Origin: Nanopusillaceae archaeon
Lineage (GTDB): Archaea; Nanobdellota; Nanobdellia; Nanobdellales; Nanobdellaceae
Assembly: GCA_049974095.1 (NCBI GenBank)
Contig: JBMFJD010000011.1
Location: 1-27,763 of the forward strand
Length of the DNA: 27,763 bases
Reading direction: 5' to 3'
A model generated the notes under the pieces. It searched no databases. It was not told the origin of the DNA and saw only the letters and a program-made list of their open reading frames with translations. This document shows, one piece after another, positions 8,677 to 17,624 of the stretch (the first letter of the stretch is position 1; every line of letters starts with the position of its first letter). Position numbers and translations under genes: made by a program.

Positions 8677-10854
8677 ATGAGATATTTGGTCTTAAGTATA
8701 ATTGGTGTAATATCATTAGCTACGATATTCTTATTTAATATACATCTACAAGGGTCGAATAATATAATAAACGTAAAGCAAAATGATCAAAATTTATTAG
8801 TAATACCAGAAATTCTTCCTGTAGCTAATGTAAGTGGAAATTCATTATTATTTGCTTCAGGTACATTAACTATTAATGGGGAAACTGTTCCTATTTATAC
8901 ACCATTAGCATCATATCTTGATCTAGGTACTATTTCTCCAGGTAGTCCCCTGTATCCATCATCTGTAAATTTATTTGGAGAACAAGGTCCAAATTTAAAT
9001 TTTAATGCTAATCAATTAGGAACAAATGTATTTGGAACTGTAGCATATTCTTTTATAACAGGTTCTACTTATGATGCATTTGTTAATCCATATTCCTCAA
9101 TAATCGCATATGCACCCAATTCTGGTAATCTAGAGGTATATGCATATTCTATATTATCAACATATAATAATACAGTTACATCTCCTCTAAATAGTTTAGT
9201 ACCTGTATTAGTTGATGGCTTAGGAAATAATTATACATATTATGCACAAAATGCAATAGTTAGACCAATTGTACCTCCTAAATATCTTACAGTAACTCAT
9301 ATGATCTATAAGTTCGGTGTAGTTAATTTATTTGTATCTGGAATATCTAGCTCATCACCATTATCTCAATTATTATCTAATGATAATAAAGCTACAAGTT
9401 CATTTAACTCTTATTTTGGAATAAATCCTGGTTATAGCCCAACCACTAGCTTTAGTATACCATTTGTAGCATATCCATATCTTGCTAGTCAACAAATAAC
9501 AAACCAATATCCAATAACAAATTATGTTCTAAATCCAACATTTTCTCCATTATTCTTTGTACCTCAAAATAGTAATACATGGACTAATGATATAGTATAT
9601 ACTCCTTATGTTATACCATTATATGAAGTATATGGTGCTCTACCACCAAGTACTGTTTATGTTTATCAAAATGGAACATATAAAGCTACATATAACGGTA
9701 ATACACCTTATGAGATTAATATGCCAGTAATGATTGTTGCAAATGGTAAAATTATTCTATTATCTACTGCTATAACTGGTGTAGATCCAATGACGGGTTA
9801 TTTCTTAAGTCAAGAATATCCTGGACAACAAATAGGATGGTTTGCAGGTCCGGGTGTACAATGTAGTGTTGCAGAATTCAATAATTCACAAGTACAACAA
9901 TTATCTCCATATTCTGAAGTATTCTACTTATCTTCAACTGGTTATATAACATCTAATAGTGGTTCTGGTATATCATATACAGTTCCAGAACAAATATTTG
10001 TTGTAGATCCATATAATCAAGTTGCATATCTATTTAATATAGTATTAAATGTTACATCACCTTCATCTACTATTACCGGACCTGCTGCATGTGAAATCAA
10101 TGTACAGAAAACAGGAACAAGCATATCTGTAACTAAATATAATTTACAAGGAGTAATATCATTACAAAATATGAATAATGTATATATAGACACAGAATAT
10201 GCTAACCAAGGAATGATCTTATTCTACGAGATGAATAATCTAGGTACTGTTACTGTATACGAATTAAACTTAAACACAGGACAAATAACAACATATACAC
10301 AACAGATACCAATATCTGGAACTATAGTACAATATGCATATCCAGCATTAGAGGGAGCAACAGGTCAATTATTAAGTTACGTATCTGTGCTTAATGGAAC
10401 TTATTATATAACTACATTAAGACCTACATTTATACAAGGAAGTATACCAACATTAAACTCTACACAATTACCAAATAATTATACATTTGCATATTCATAT
10501 GGAGTATTACCAATTACGATATATTATAATGGTTCTCAATCTACATCAAATGTAGTTGTAATATTAAATATAACTAGTCCTCAAATATTATCTGCTATTG
10601 CAACTCCAACTGCTCAAGATATACGTATATTTATGAATAACACATATGGAACAGACTACTACGCATATCCTGGATTAGAATATTCAATATTGCAATATAC
10701 TCCAGGAAGTTTGTTATCTGTAGTAGTGTTATTACCATATATAAATCCAGGAAATAATACTATATATATGTATATGGGATATCCATATGCACAAAGTGTA
10801 ATGGTACCGGCCAATAGTTTGTTAAATCAATATTCTGTATTAAAGAATGGATAG
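8677..10854 (+). CDS. Secreted N-glycosylated protein (725 aa) with C-terminal DUF2341-like module
   Basis: N-terminal signal/anchor MRYLVLSIIGVISLATIFLF. Many sequons. C-terminal AQDIRIFMNNTYGTDYYAYPGLEYSILQY…VVVLLPYINPGNNTIYMYMGYPYAQS (nt 10576-10851). No C-terminal TM. 8-nt overlap with the next gene. Confidence 0.8.
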   Translation: MRYLVLSIIGVISLATIFLFNIHLQGSNNIINVKQNDQNLLVIPEILPVANVSGNSLLFASGTLTINGETVPIYTPLASYLDLGTISPGSPLYPSSVNLFGEQGPNLNFNANQLGTNVFGTVAYSFITGSTYDAFVNPYSSIIAYAPNSGNLEVYAYSILSTYNNTVTSPLNSLVPVLVDGLGNNYTYYAQNAIVRPIVPPKYLTVTHMIYKFGVVNLFVSGISSSSPLSQLLSNDNKATSSFNSYFGINPGYSPTTSFSIPFVAYPYLASQQITNQYPITNYVLNPTFSPLFFVPQNSNTWTNDIVYTPYVIPLYEVYGALPPSTVYVYQNGTYKATYNGNTPYEINMPVMIVANGKIILLSTAITGVDPMTGYFLSQEYPGQQIGWFAGPGVQCSVAEFNNSQVQQLSPYSEVFYLSSTGYITSNSGSGISYTVPEQIFVVDPYNQVAYLFNIVLNVTSPSSTITGPAACEINVQKTGTSISVTKYNLQGVISLQNMNNVYIDTEYANQGMILFYEMNNLGTVTVYELNLNTGQITTYTQQIPISGTIVQYAYPALEGATGQLLSYVSVLNGTYYITTLRPTFIQGSIPTLNSTQLPNNYTFAYSYGVLPITIYYNGSQSTSNVVVILNITSPQILSAIATPTAQDIRIFMNNTYGTDYYAYPGLEYSILQYTPGSLLSVVVLLPYINPGNNTIYMYMGYPYAQSVMVPANSLLNQYSVLKNG

Positions 10855-13738
10855 AAAAATATTATCAGTAATTGGAATTATCTTAATATCATCATTTAGT
10901 GTATTTTCTGCTCAATATATTACAGTAGCAAGTGGTCAATTAGGATCTGGAACACAAATGAATTTATGTTATAATACATCTATTGGTAAAATGTGTTATA
11001 GCGTACAGAATAATCCTAGTTATCCTTATTATGGATTAGTAAGTGGTATTTTTCCACTAAGTGTACCTACTTATTTACCTGTTGGGCAATATTTATACTT
11101 TAATGGATGGACGAATTCCTTAACAGGTCAACAATATGGAAATAGTATAGTTACATTTATTCATGAAGTAACCAGTAATAATACATACCTCCAATTTGTA
11201 GCACCAGGTGGAGTTGCATCATCTAGTGTATTAGATAATCCATATAGTATGCTCTCTGGAGTTAGTTTTCAATCAGCACCATTAATACAATTTACAGGAT
11301 CAAGTGCTACAATATCCTATATAGGTGTTGGTAATGCTCCAGGAATATATTCATATGAATTAGGTCAACCTGTTGGTATAACTCAACAAGTTTCTGTATG
11401 TCCAGGACCAATAGTAAATATAATATCTCCAGTTAATGGATCATCTTTCAATGTAGGTCAACCATTTACATTAGAAGTACAAGATATACCACAATATACT
11501 AATTTATCTATATCTGGAGTAGAATATATCATATACATAAATAACCAAGTATATACTCAAAATATTACAACACCATCACAACCTTATACAGGATCTATAG
11601 ATAATTTCTCAATAACATTAAATTCTGGAGGAAATATTACTATACAAGCAGTTGTTGCATATCAATATTCATCTGGATGTATAGGAATAAATGAAACCTC
11701 TATAAAATTATATTCAACAGCTCCACTTCAATTAGTAATAAATAGTATAGGGCCTCTCAATCCTGTACCAAATACATCTTTAGGATATCCTGTAGTAAGT
11801 AGTCCAAATATGTCAGTGCAATTTACATTGTCCGGTAATGTATTATATGCTACACAAACAACATGTACAGTATCTGCTAACTTATTAACAGCATGTGCTA
11901 GTGGAAGTCAGACTTCAGTAAGTTCAACTGCAGGACCATTTAGTTATACAGGACCATCATATACAACAGCATCATACTTAGATATGTCTAGTGCAGCACA
12001 AGGTATATATCAAGTAACAGTAACATGTAGTGTAGGATCTACTACATTATCAAAATCAGTACAAGTATTATATGCATACGATCCTAATGCATGTTCTCTA
12101 TACTGTTCTGCACAAAACGGATATTACAATGGTACATACTGTTGTGGTCTAAATGGACAACCATCACCAAGTCAGGTAACTGGATATCCAAATCCAACAT
12201 ATTACAATGCATCTACATGTTCATTAGTAAGTTTACAGCCAGGACAATGTGTAAATAACAATGATGTACCACCACCAGGATGGACATGTCTTAACTCTAC
12301 TACAGTAGCATATGTAACATATTCATGTAGTGTTAATTATCCATCAGTAAATCCACCAGGAGTTGGACAAGTAATACAGAATATAACTCAGGAATTTGGC
12401 TGTGGACAATATGCCTACTGTTCATATGGACAATGTGTACAATTTGGTCAAAATATTACACCATCATTAACAATAAATGTAATATATCCACAACAAGGAC
12501 AAACAGTATATGCACAAAATGGACAAATATATGTACAATTTATACCTAATGATACATTAGAAACACAAGTAGCATGTATGATATATGATAATGGACAAAT
12601 AGTAGGACAAGGACAATATACAAGTGGTAATGTAGCATCATTATCAATACCAGTTCAATCAGGACAGAATACATTGAACATAACATGTGCTGATATAAAC
12701 AACGTAACCAATTCTACAGTAGTACAGTTTACTGTATCAACAGGATATATAGTTACATCTCCAAGTGAATGTGGAATACCATATGTATGTCTATCACCAA
12801 CGCAAGCAGCATATGTACAATATAATGTAGTAAATGGAATATGTAATTATACAGTAATACAAACATATAATGCATCTACAGGACAATATTGTTTCGGAGG
12901 ATTCTTAATAAATGCAAATCAAGTAAATGTACAGCAACAATTATTTGGACAAACATGTGCACCAGATGCAATGACAATAGTAGAAGAACAATTAACACCA
13001 TCATCGCCAGGAGTTGCAGTTAATCTATATCCATTACAAGCAGCACCATTTAGATGTCTATTAGGATTATCAGTAACACCACAACAATTACAATCATTTA
13101 ATGGCATGATCATACCAGTATGTACTCAAAATAATACAATAGTAGAATATCAAATAATTGCACAAAATGGAACAATATATTTCCAGAATATAGGTCAACA
13201 AGCATGTAATAATCTATGTGTAGCTGGATTATGTGTACAACCAGGATATACTATACAACCACCAACAATACAATTAATAAATGTACCAACAAATGTATCA
13301 GTTGGACAGAGTGTAACAATAACATTTGAAGTAGGAAGTCCATATCCAACAGCATATGTACAACTATATATAATTACACCAACAAACCAAACATTAGTAT
13401 ACAGTGGAGTAGTAAATACTAATATACCTGTAAGCGTTTCATTTATAGTACCAGATCCTGAGCAAGCCCAATTATATGCTGTAGCTGAAGATCCATCAGG
13501 ATTAACGGGAACAGCTATACAACAAATAATAATATCATCTGTTACTCCTACAACAAATATAACCACACCATCAGCTCCTATAACTCCTTCAGTATCTGGA
13601 ATATCTGGAGTTGGAGCTGCACTAACTTCAGCATTTGTAACACCAACAGGAGCACCAAACTATACAATAATAATAATTATAATAGCAATAGTTGGTGGTT
13701 TGGCTGGTGCATATTTATCCTTAAAGAAAAAGAAATAG
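10847..13738 (+). CDS. Secreted Cys-rich N-glycosylated protein (963 aa) with Ig-like modules, Thr/Ser/Pro stalk and C-terminal TM anchor
   Basis: Signal peptide MDRKILSVIGIILISSFSVFS|AQ. Two Cys-rich knots each end in …G(Q/L)CVQ(F/P)G and are followed by an Ig-like module. The stalk is SSVTPTTNITTPSAPITPSVSG. The anchor is YTIIIIIIAIVGGLAGAYLSLKKKK. Confidence 0.85.
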   Translation: MDRKILSVIGIILISSFSVFSAQYITVASGQLGSGTQMNLCYNTSIGKMCYSVQNNPSYPYYGLVSGIFPLSVPTYLPVGQYLYFNGWTNSLTGQQYGNSIVTFIHEVTSNNTYLQFVAPGGVASSSVLDNPYSMLSGVSFQSAPLIQFTGSSATISYIGVGNAPGIYSYELGQPVGITQQVSVCPGPIVNIISPVNGSSFNVGQPFTLEVQDIPQYTNLSISGVEYIIYINNQVYTQNITTPSQPYTGSIDNFSITLNSGGNITIQAVVAYQYSSGCIGINETSIKLYSTAPLQLVINSIGPLNPVPNTSLGYPVVSSPNMSVQFTLSGNVLYATQTTCTVSANLLTACASGSQTSVSSTAGPFSYTGPSYTTASYLDMSSAAQGIYQVTVTCSVGSTTLSKSVQVLYAYDPNACSLYCSAQNGYYNGTYCCGLNGQPSPSQVTGYPNPTYYNASTCSLVSLQPGQCVNNNDVPPPGWTCLNSTTVAYVTYSCSVNYPSVNPPGVGQVIQNITQEFGCGQYAYCSYGQCVQFGQNITPSLTINVIYPQQGQTVYAQNGQIYVQFIPNDTLETQVACMIYDNGQIVGQGQYTSGNVASLSIPVQSGQNTLNITCADINNVTNSTVVQFTVSTGYIVTSPSECGIPYVCLSPTQAAYVQYNVVNGICNYTVIQTYNASTGQYCFGGFLINANQVNVQQQLFGQTCAPDAMTIVEEQLTPSSPGVAVNLYPLQAAPFRCLLGLSVTPQQLQSFNGMIIPVCTQNNTIVEYQIIAQNGTIYFQNIGQQACNNLCVAGLCVQPGYTIQPPTIQLINVPTNVSVGQSVTITFEVGSPYPTAYVQLYIITPTNQTLVYSGVVNTNIPVSVSFIVPDPEQAQLYAVAEDPSGLTGTAIQQIIISSVTPTTNITTPSAPITPSVSGISGVGAALTSAFVTPTGAPNYTIIIIIIAIVGGLAGAYLSLKKKK

Positions 13739-13747
13739 CATAGTTCA

Positions 13748-13754
13748 TTTTTTT
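13748..13754 (+). terminator. Oligo-T (T7) tract after operon ending at 13738
   Basis: A run of seven T starts 10 nt past the stop. Confidence 0.5.
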
Positions 13755-13794
13755 AGAAATTAACATTTTTATTAAAGAAATATAAATATTTATT

Positions 13795-14235
13795 ATGGTA
13801 TCAATACTGGATAGGATAAGCGCAAAGGAGACTTTAGTATTATTTATAGCATCGGCGGTTGCAGTATTCGTAGTAGCAGCAATAATATCAATGTTTGGAA
13901 TAAGCCAAACATTAGGATTAGTAGTATTAGCATTAGCAGGTATAGTAGTAGGATTTGTGTTAGCTAAGTATGCACCACAAACAGCAGAATACTTAAAAAC
14001 ACAGCCAATAACTGCAATTTTAGTGGTTGCAGTATTATTAGGAGTAGCTGGATTCGTAGCAGCATTCTTATCATTTATGCCAGCTCCATATGCAACAATA
14101 GGAACAATTGCAGTATCTACAACAGCAGTACAATCAGCAATTGGAAATGGAATCAATAATTTCATTACTATGGGCATTTCAGGATTCGTAATGGGCGTAG
14201 GAAGTTGGTTTGGGGTAGCATTCTCCAAGAAATAA
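13795..14235 (+). CDS. Small Ala/Val/Gly-rich integral membrane protein (146 aa, ~4 TM), candidate abundant envelope/virion membrane protein
   Basis: Own AT-rich promoter region (ACATTTTTATTAAAG, ~13765-13779), about 25 nt upstream of the ATG. Four hydrophobic helices. A-ending and ttc-rich codons resemble ORF 6823. The overlapping minus-strand ORF 13677-14228 is judged spurious. Confidence 0.7.
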   Translation: MVSILDRISAKETLVLFIASAVAVFVVAAIISMFGISQTLGLVVLALAGIVVGFVLAKYAPQTAEYLKTQPITAILVVAVLLGVAGFVAAFLSFMPAPYATIGTIAVSTTAVQSAIGNGINNFITMGISGFVMGVGSWFGVAFSKK

Positions 14236-14254
14236 CACGTGAGGCATCTCCTGG

Positions 14255-14965
14255 ATGGACTTAAAATATTTTTTGTTAATTATATCTTTTATATTTATAT
14301 TAGTTAATATTTTTCTAGCAGCATTTATATATAAATTTATTATAGTATCCCCTTCCTTTAGCGTATCTCTATCTGCTAATTATACATTTCCATATGTTGA
14401 TACAAAAAATTCTATAATATTACCTGGATCTATGGTGATTATAGCTACATCAAATACTCCTGGATTTTCAATAAATTTACAAAGACCATTTATTGTATTA
14501 TCTTCAGGATTGGGATACTTTTTATTATCATTATCTGTATTTTTAGTAATATTAGGCATTATAATGATAATAACCTATGAAGAAAGGAAAGTAATATATG
14601 GCGGATTATTGGTCATATTATCAGCAATAATATTTGCATTATCTATAGTCGCTAATGCTCCATCATATCCCGGTAATATTATATGTCATCAACAACAAGT
14701 ATCAGGATATTATTCAGATATATGTCACGAATTTATTTATGGAAATAGTACCGATGTAATGTTATTAAGAGTATATGATAATTCTACGGAGATAGTACCA
14801 ATACAAGATGTATCTGGAAAGATAGTTTATGATATACCACCACCAATAGGTACTTTATTATATATATACAAGTCTAGTCTAGATTTTGTATCAAATTTAT
14901 ACTATATAGTAACTCAGGGCAATATTCCTTTACAGTATAAGATAAGTTATATCTATGTTGGATAG
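14255..14965 (+). CDS. Membrane protein (236 aa, ~3 TM), unknown function
   Basis: N-terminal TM YFLLIISFIFILVNIFLAAFIY. Central helices GYFLLSLSVFLVILGIIMIIT and GGLLVILSAIIFALSIVA. A few sequons. Confidence 0.65.
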   Translation: MDLKYFLLIISFIFILVNIFLAAFIYKFIIVSPSFSVSLSANYTFPYVDTKNSIILPGSMVIIATSNTPGFSINLQRPFIVLSSGLGYFLLSLSVFLVILGIIMIITYEERKVIYGGLLVILSAIIFALSIVANAPSYPGNIICHQQQVSGYYSDICHEFIYGNSTDVMLLRVYDNSTEIVPIQDVSGKIVYDIPPPIGTLLYIYKSSLDFVSNLYYIVTQGNIPLQYKISYIYVG

Positions 14966-15001
14966 AGCAAACTTTATATTTATTAAATACATATTTACAA
15001 T

Positions 15002-15337
15002 ATGACGTTATACAGCGATAAGATTGTGATGGGATGTACAAAAAAAGAGGGAAAGTTAGTTTGTTACGCATACGATTTGAGTACACTGCCGCTTGGAGCT
15101 GATGATCCATCAATGGCTAGAAGAAAATGTGAAATAACATTTGAAGGAGTAGAACCACAGTTTACATTTAGTGGTGATAGTGGAATGAAATTGTGTAATG
15201 ATCTATTAGAGAACCTAGGAGACATTATAAAGAAATCATCTAACTTAGGTATACCAACAGCACAATTACAAAAGATTTCATCAAAATTGAGTCAATCTGG
15301 TAGTGTAGTAAATACGGAAGAAGGTCAATCATTATAA
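15002..15337 (+). CDS. Soluble protein, 111 aa, unknown function
   Basis: The ATG is preceded by CTTTATATTTATT about 25 nt upstream. No hydrophobic segment. The stop overlaps the next ATG (TAATG). Confidence 0.55.
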   Translation: MTLYSDKIVMGCTKKEGKLVCYAYDLSTLPLGADDPSMARRKCEITFEGVEPQFTFSGDSGMKLCNDLLENLGDIIKKSSNLGIPTAQLQKISSKLSQSGSVVNTEEGQSL

Positions 15338-15612
15338 TGTTGATGAATATTTTTGTTTTTCAAATATTTGTTATTTTAGATATTATCTTATTTGGTTCAG
15401 GTGTTTATATCGGATTTGCTAAAAGTGGTATAAGTGAGATTGCAGATAAGATTCATGCTATAATGATAGGTATATATTCAGCAGCTTTCTTTTCATTTAT
15501 TATGTTTCAAGTTAATCCATTATTTATTATAGGTACAGGGTTTGATCTATTCATATCTTATGTTAGTGGATGGTTAATGGGATTTGCAATAAATAGGATT
15601 ATTTCATCTTAA
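15337..15612 (+). CDS. Small membrane protein (91 aa, 3 TM)
   Basis: Translationally coupled to 15002-15337. Three hydrophobic helices. The 3' end overlaps the 3' end of the convergent MCM gene by 14 nt. Confidence 0.55.
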   Translation: MLMNIFVFQIFVILDIILFGSGVYIGFAKSGISEIADKIHAIMIGIYSAAFFSFIMFQVNPLFIIGTGFDLFISYVSGWLMGFAINRIISS

Positions 15613-16756
15613 CAATTTCTGATATTTTATCAAATACTTCATAAACTATTCTATCTGTAATATATGTTTTATTTAACTTTGCATAAGCATATGCAAATCT
15701 TAACCATCTCATAGATCCCCTTACACTATTCTCTCTAGTTTGTTCTATAATATCTCCTATAGCACTTTTTACTTTGTTAATATCTCTTATCTTTGGTATA
15801 AAGTTTTCAGTGGATTTAACATATGACCTTATCAGCTCATCACCTTTTCCATATAATTCATAATTTTGTGAATATTCAATTACATATCCAACAATTTCTT
15901 TTATTTCACTTTTAGTTGGAGTCTTGAAAGTAGCTACTAGATCAAACCTATCTAATAGTTCCGGTCTAAATTTTGTTCTGTTAGAAGATATCATTACCCT
16001 AACTCTAGCGTCATATCCTATACGCATCTTGGCTCCTGTTAATATTACCCTACCCTCTTCCATAGCAGATAATAAGGGATCAAGATCTCTATTATTTATT
16101 TTATCTGCTTCATCTATACATAAAATTCTTCCATTAGCAGCCATCAGTGGAGGAGGTGATGTTTCAAAATCATCTGGATTTAGCGATCCAGATAAACCTG
16201 CAGAAGTTGTTCTTAATGATACATATATTCCTTCTGATACACTTGATTGCCATTGCAATAATAATGTTTTACCTGTACCTGGATCTCCCAATAATGCTAT
16301 ATGTATTCTGGATCTAAAACTAGGATCACCGTCTGAAAATAATTGTAGTAACATAATTTTCTTTACTAATGGTATAATACCGGAATCTTTTACATGCGGG
16401 GCAACATATTGTAGTAAATCTTCAAATGGGTCTTTTAATAATAATTTTTGGTTTCCTATTTCTATATTTTTATATTTCTTATATTCATCTAGAATCTCTA
16501 TTAATTTATCTAATGATATTATTTCTATAATCCTAGGATAATATGGATTTCTTCTTGCGATATTATTAGTAAATAAAAATTTTATTGTATTATCATTTAC
16601 TAAGCTTCTTAGATCATCCTCAAATATGATAATATCTGAATATATAGGTATACCTATAGACCTTGTTCTATCTATATAGTATGGTAATGAGTATTCTAAG
16701 AATTCAAATAAATTTATCAAATCTTTAACAGTATCCTTAATTAACTCAATCGTCAT
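15599..16756 (-). CDS. mcm: Mini-MCM: MCM-family AAA+ replicative helicase core lacking the canonical N-terminal OB/Zn-finger domain (385 aa)
   Basis: VAPHVKDSGIIPLVKKIMLLQLFSDGD (cf. MCM iaPsIyG…vKkaillqLfGG). Walker A GDPGTGKT (nt 16265-16288). Walker B LCIDEADK (16100-16123). AMEEGRVILTGAKMRIGYDARVRVMISSN covers the pre-sensor and sensor 1. The Arg finger is LLDRFDL (cf. SRFDL). The sensor-2 region is VRGSMRWLRFAYAYAKL. There is no Cys cluster in the 110-aa N-terminus. Confidence 0.85.
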   Translation of the reverse strand: MTIELIKDTVKDLINLFEFLEYSLPYYIDRTRSIGIPIYSDIIIFEDDLRSLVNDNTIKFLFTNNIARRNPYYPRIIEIISLDKLIEILDEYKKYKNIEIGNQKLLLKDPFEDLLQYVAPHVKDSGIIPLVKKIMLLQLFSDGDPSFRSRIHIALLGDPGTGKTLLLQWQSSVSEGIYVSLRTTSAGLSGSLNPDDFETSPPPLMAANGRILCIDEADKINNRDLDPLLSAMEEGRVILTGAKMRIGYDARVRVMISSNRTKFRPELLDRFDLVATFKTPTKSEIKEIVGYVIEYSQNYELYGKGDELIRSYVKSTENFIPKIRDINKVKSAIGDIIEQTRENSVRGSMRWLRFAYAYAKLNKTYITDRIVYEVFDKISEIVKMK

Positions 16757-16778
16757 ATATAAATATTAATAAATGTTT

Positions 16779-16788
16779 AATATAAAAA
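16779..16788 (-). promoter_or_regulatory. TATA-like box for the mini-MCM gene (minus-strand TTTTTATATT)
   Basis: Its centre is about 27 nt upstream of ATG 16756, inside a 39-nt divergent intergenic region. Confidence 0.5.
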
Positions 16789-16795
16789 TTAATAT

Positions 16796-17086
16796 ATGGG
16801 TAAACACATGTTGAGAGGTGTGATGAGTGATTTGATATTAACATCATTGATAGCATTAGTATTAGCAGCAATAGTCTTCTTTCTTATAGCAAATTCTACA
16901 TATAATACAAAATCTGTAGAGATAATGCCTTTTGGTACAACTACATTATATATATATCATATAAATGGTAATACATATGCATGCACACAGAATATTACTG
17001 GAGAAACTTGTTTAGTAGCACATAATACATTGATATGTCCGGATACAACATGCCTACAAATATATAATATAGTAAATATAACATGA
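16796..17086 (+). CDS. Small secreted/anchored Cys-containing protein (96 aa; start may be ATG 16808 or 16823), possible class III (type IV pilin-like) signal
   Basis: MLRG|VMSDLILTSLIALVLAAIVFFLIA has a charged residue plus Gly followed by a ~22-aa hydrophobic helix. The ectodomain has sequons and 4 Cys. ATGA overlap with the downstream wHTH gene. Confidence 0.55.
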   Translation: MGKHMLRGVMSDLILTSLIALVLAAIVFFLIANSTYNTKSVEIMPFGTTTLYIYHINGNTYACTQNITGETCLVAHNTLICPDTTCLQIYNIVNIT

Positions 17087-17592
17087 AGTCAACATTCAAA
17101 TATACTAGGATGTTGATAGATGTTCTACAGGTAATATATAATAAGCCAGGTATTTCTATATCTGAACTAAAGGAAATATTTAATGTTCCTGCATCGACAA
17201 TGTCAATTATTATAAAAGAATTAAAAGATATGGGTATTATATTTACATCAGAAGATAGGAAGAAAATTATTGTAAATAGAAAAGATGGAGATAGTTATGA
17301 GAGAGTTGTTAAGATAAAGAAGGTTTATCCATTAGGAGTATCATGTAACAAGTTTGGTACTGTTATAGTACCATATGTTGTAAATTCAAATATTGGATTA
17401 AAAGTATTTAGTTGCCCATTTGTTAATGAGTGTCCATATGTAAATCAGAAAACTTTGATTCCTGGTTACTGTAAATTATATGATTATCTATCAGATGAAG
17501 AAAAGAAGGCGATTATTGATCTTATGGATAAGATAAATAATCTAGTAGAATCTACAAAAAGTAATAACACACTTCAAAAAAATGGAAACTAA
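17083..17592 (+). CDS. Winged-helix transcription regulator-like protein with Cys-containing C-terminal domain (169 aa)
   Basis: MLIDVLQVIYNKPGISISELKEIFNVPASTMSIIIKELKDMGIIFTSEDRKKIIV has a MarR/ArsR-like wHTH pattern. The C-terminal half contains CNKFG…CPFVNECPYVN…C. Confidence 0.65.
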   Translation: MKSTFKYTRMLIDVLQVIYNKPGISISELKEIFNVPASTMSIIIKELKDMGIIFTSEDRKKIIVNRKDGDSYERVVKIKKVYPLGVSCNKFGTVIVPYVVNSNIGLKVFSCPFVNECPYVNQKTLIPGYCKLYDYLSDEEKKAIIDLMDKINNLVESTKSNNTLQKNGN

Positions 17593-17603
17593 TATATAAA
17601 AGG
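17591..17603 (+). promoter_or_regulatory. TATA-like box AATATATAAAAGG for operon 17625-20886
   Basis: Its centre is about 28 nt upstream of ATG 17625. Confidence 0.5.
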
Positions 17604-17624
17604 TAGTACAATAATACTATAATT

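Noticed and set aside
12919-13566. Minus-strand ORFs 12919-13113 and 13195-13566 antisense to gene 10847-13738
   Set aside because: Same antisense artefact. The plus-strand frame is a continuous 963-aa glycoprotein with a signal peptide and anchor.
13677-14228. 183-aa minus-strand ORF antisense to gene 13795-14235
   Set aside because: It overlaps the plus-strand membrane-protein gene almost completely, and that gene has a promoter, an ATG and a coherent 4-TM profile. The antisense product is low-complexity (N/T/A/I-rich) and is an artefact of the A-ending codon bias.
14874-15113. 79-aa minus-strand ORF spanning the 14965/15002 gene junction
   Set aside because: It overlaps two plus-strand genes and their intergenic promoter, with no features of its own.
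15924-16541. 205-aa plus-strand ORF inside the MCM gene
   Set aside because: The minus-strand frame carries unmistakable MCM motifs. The plus-strand product is Ser/Leu/Asn-rich low complexity with no start context.
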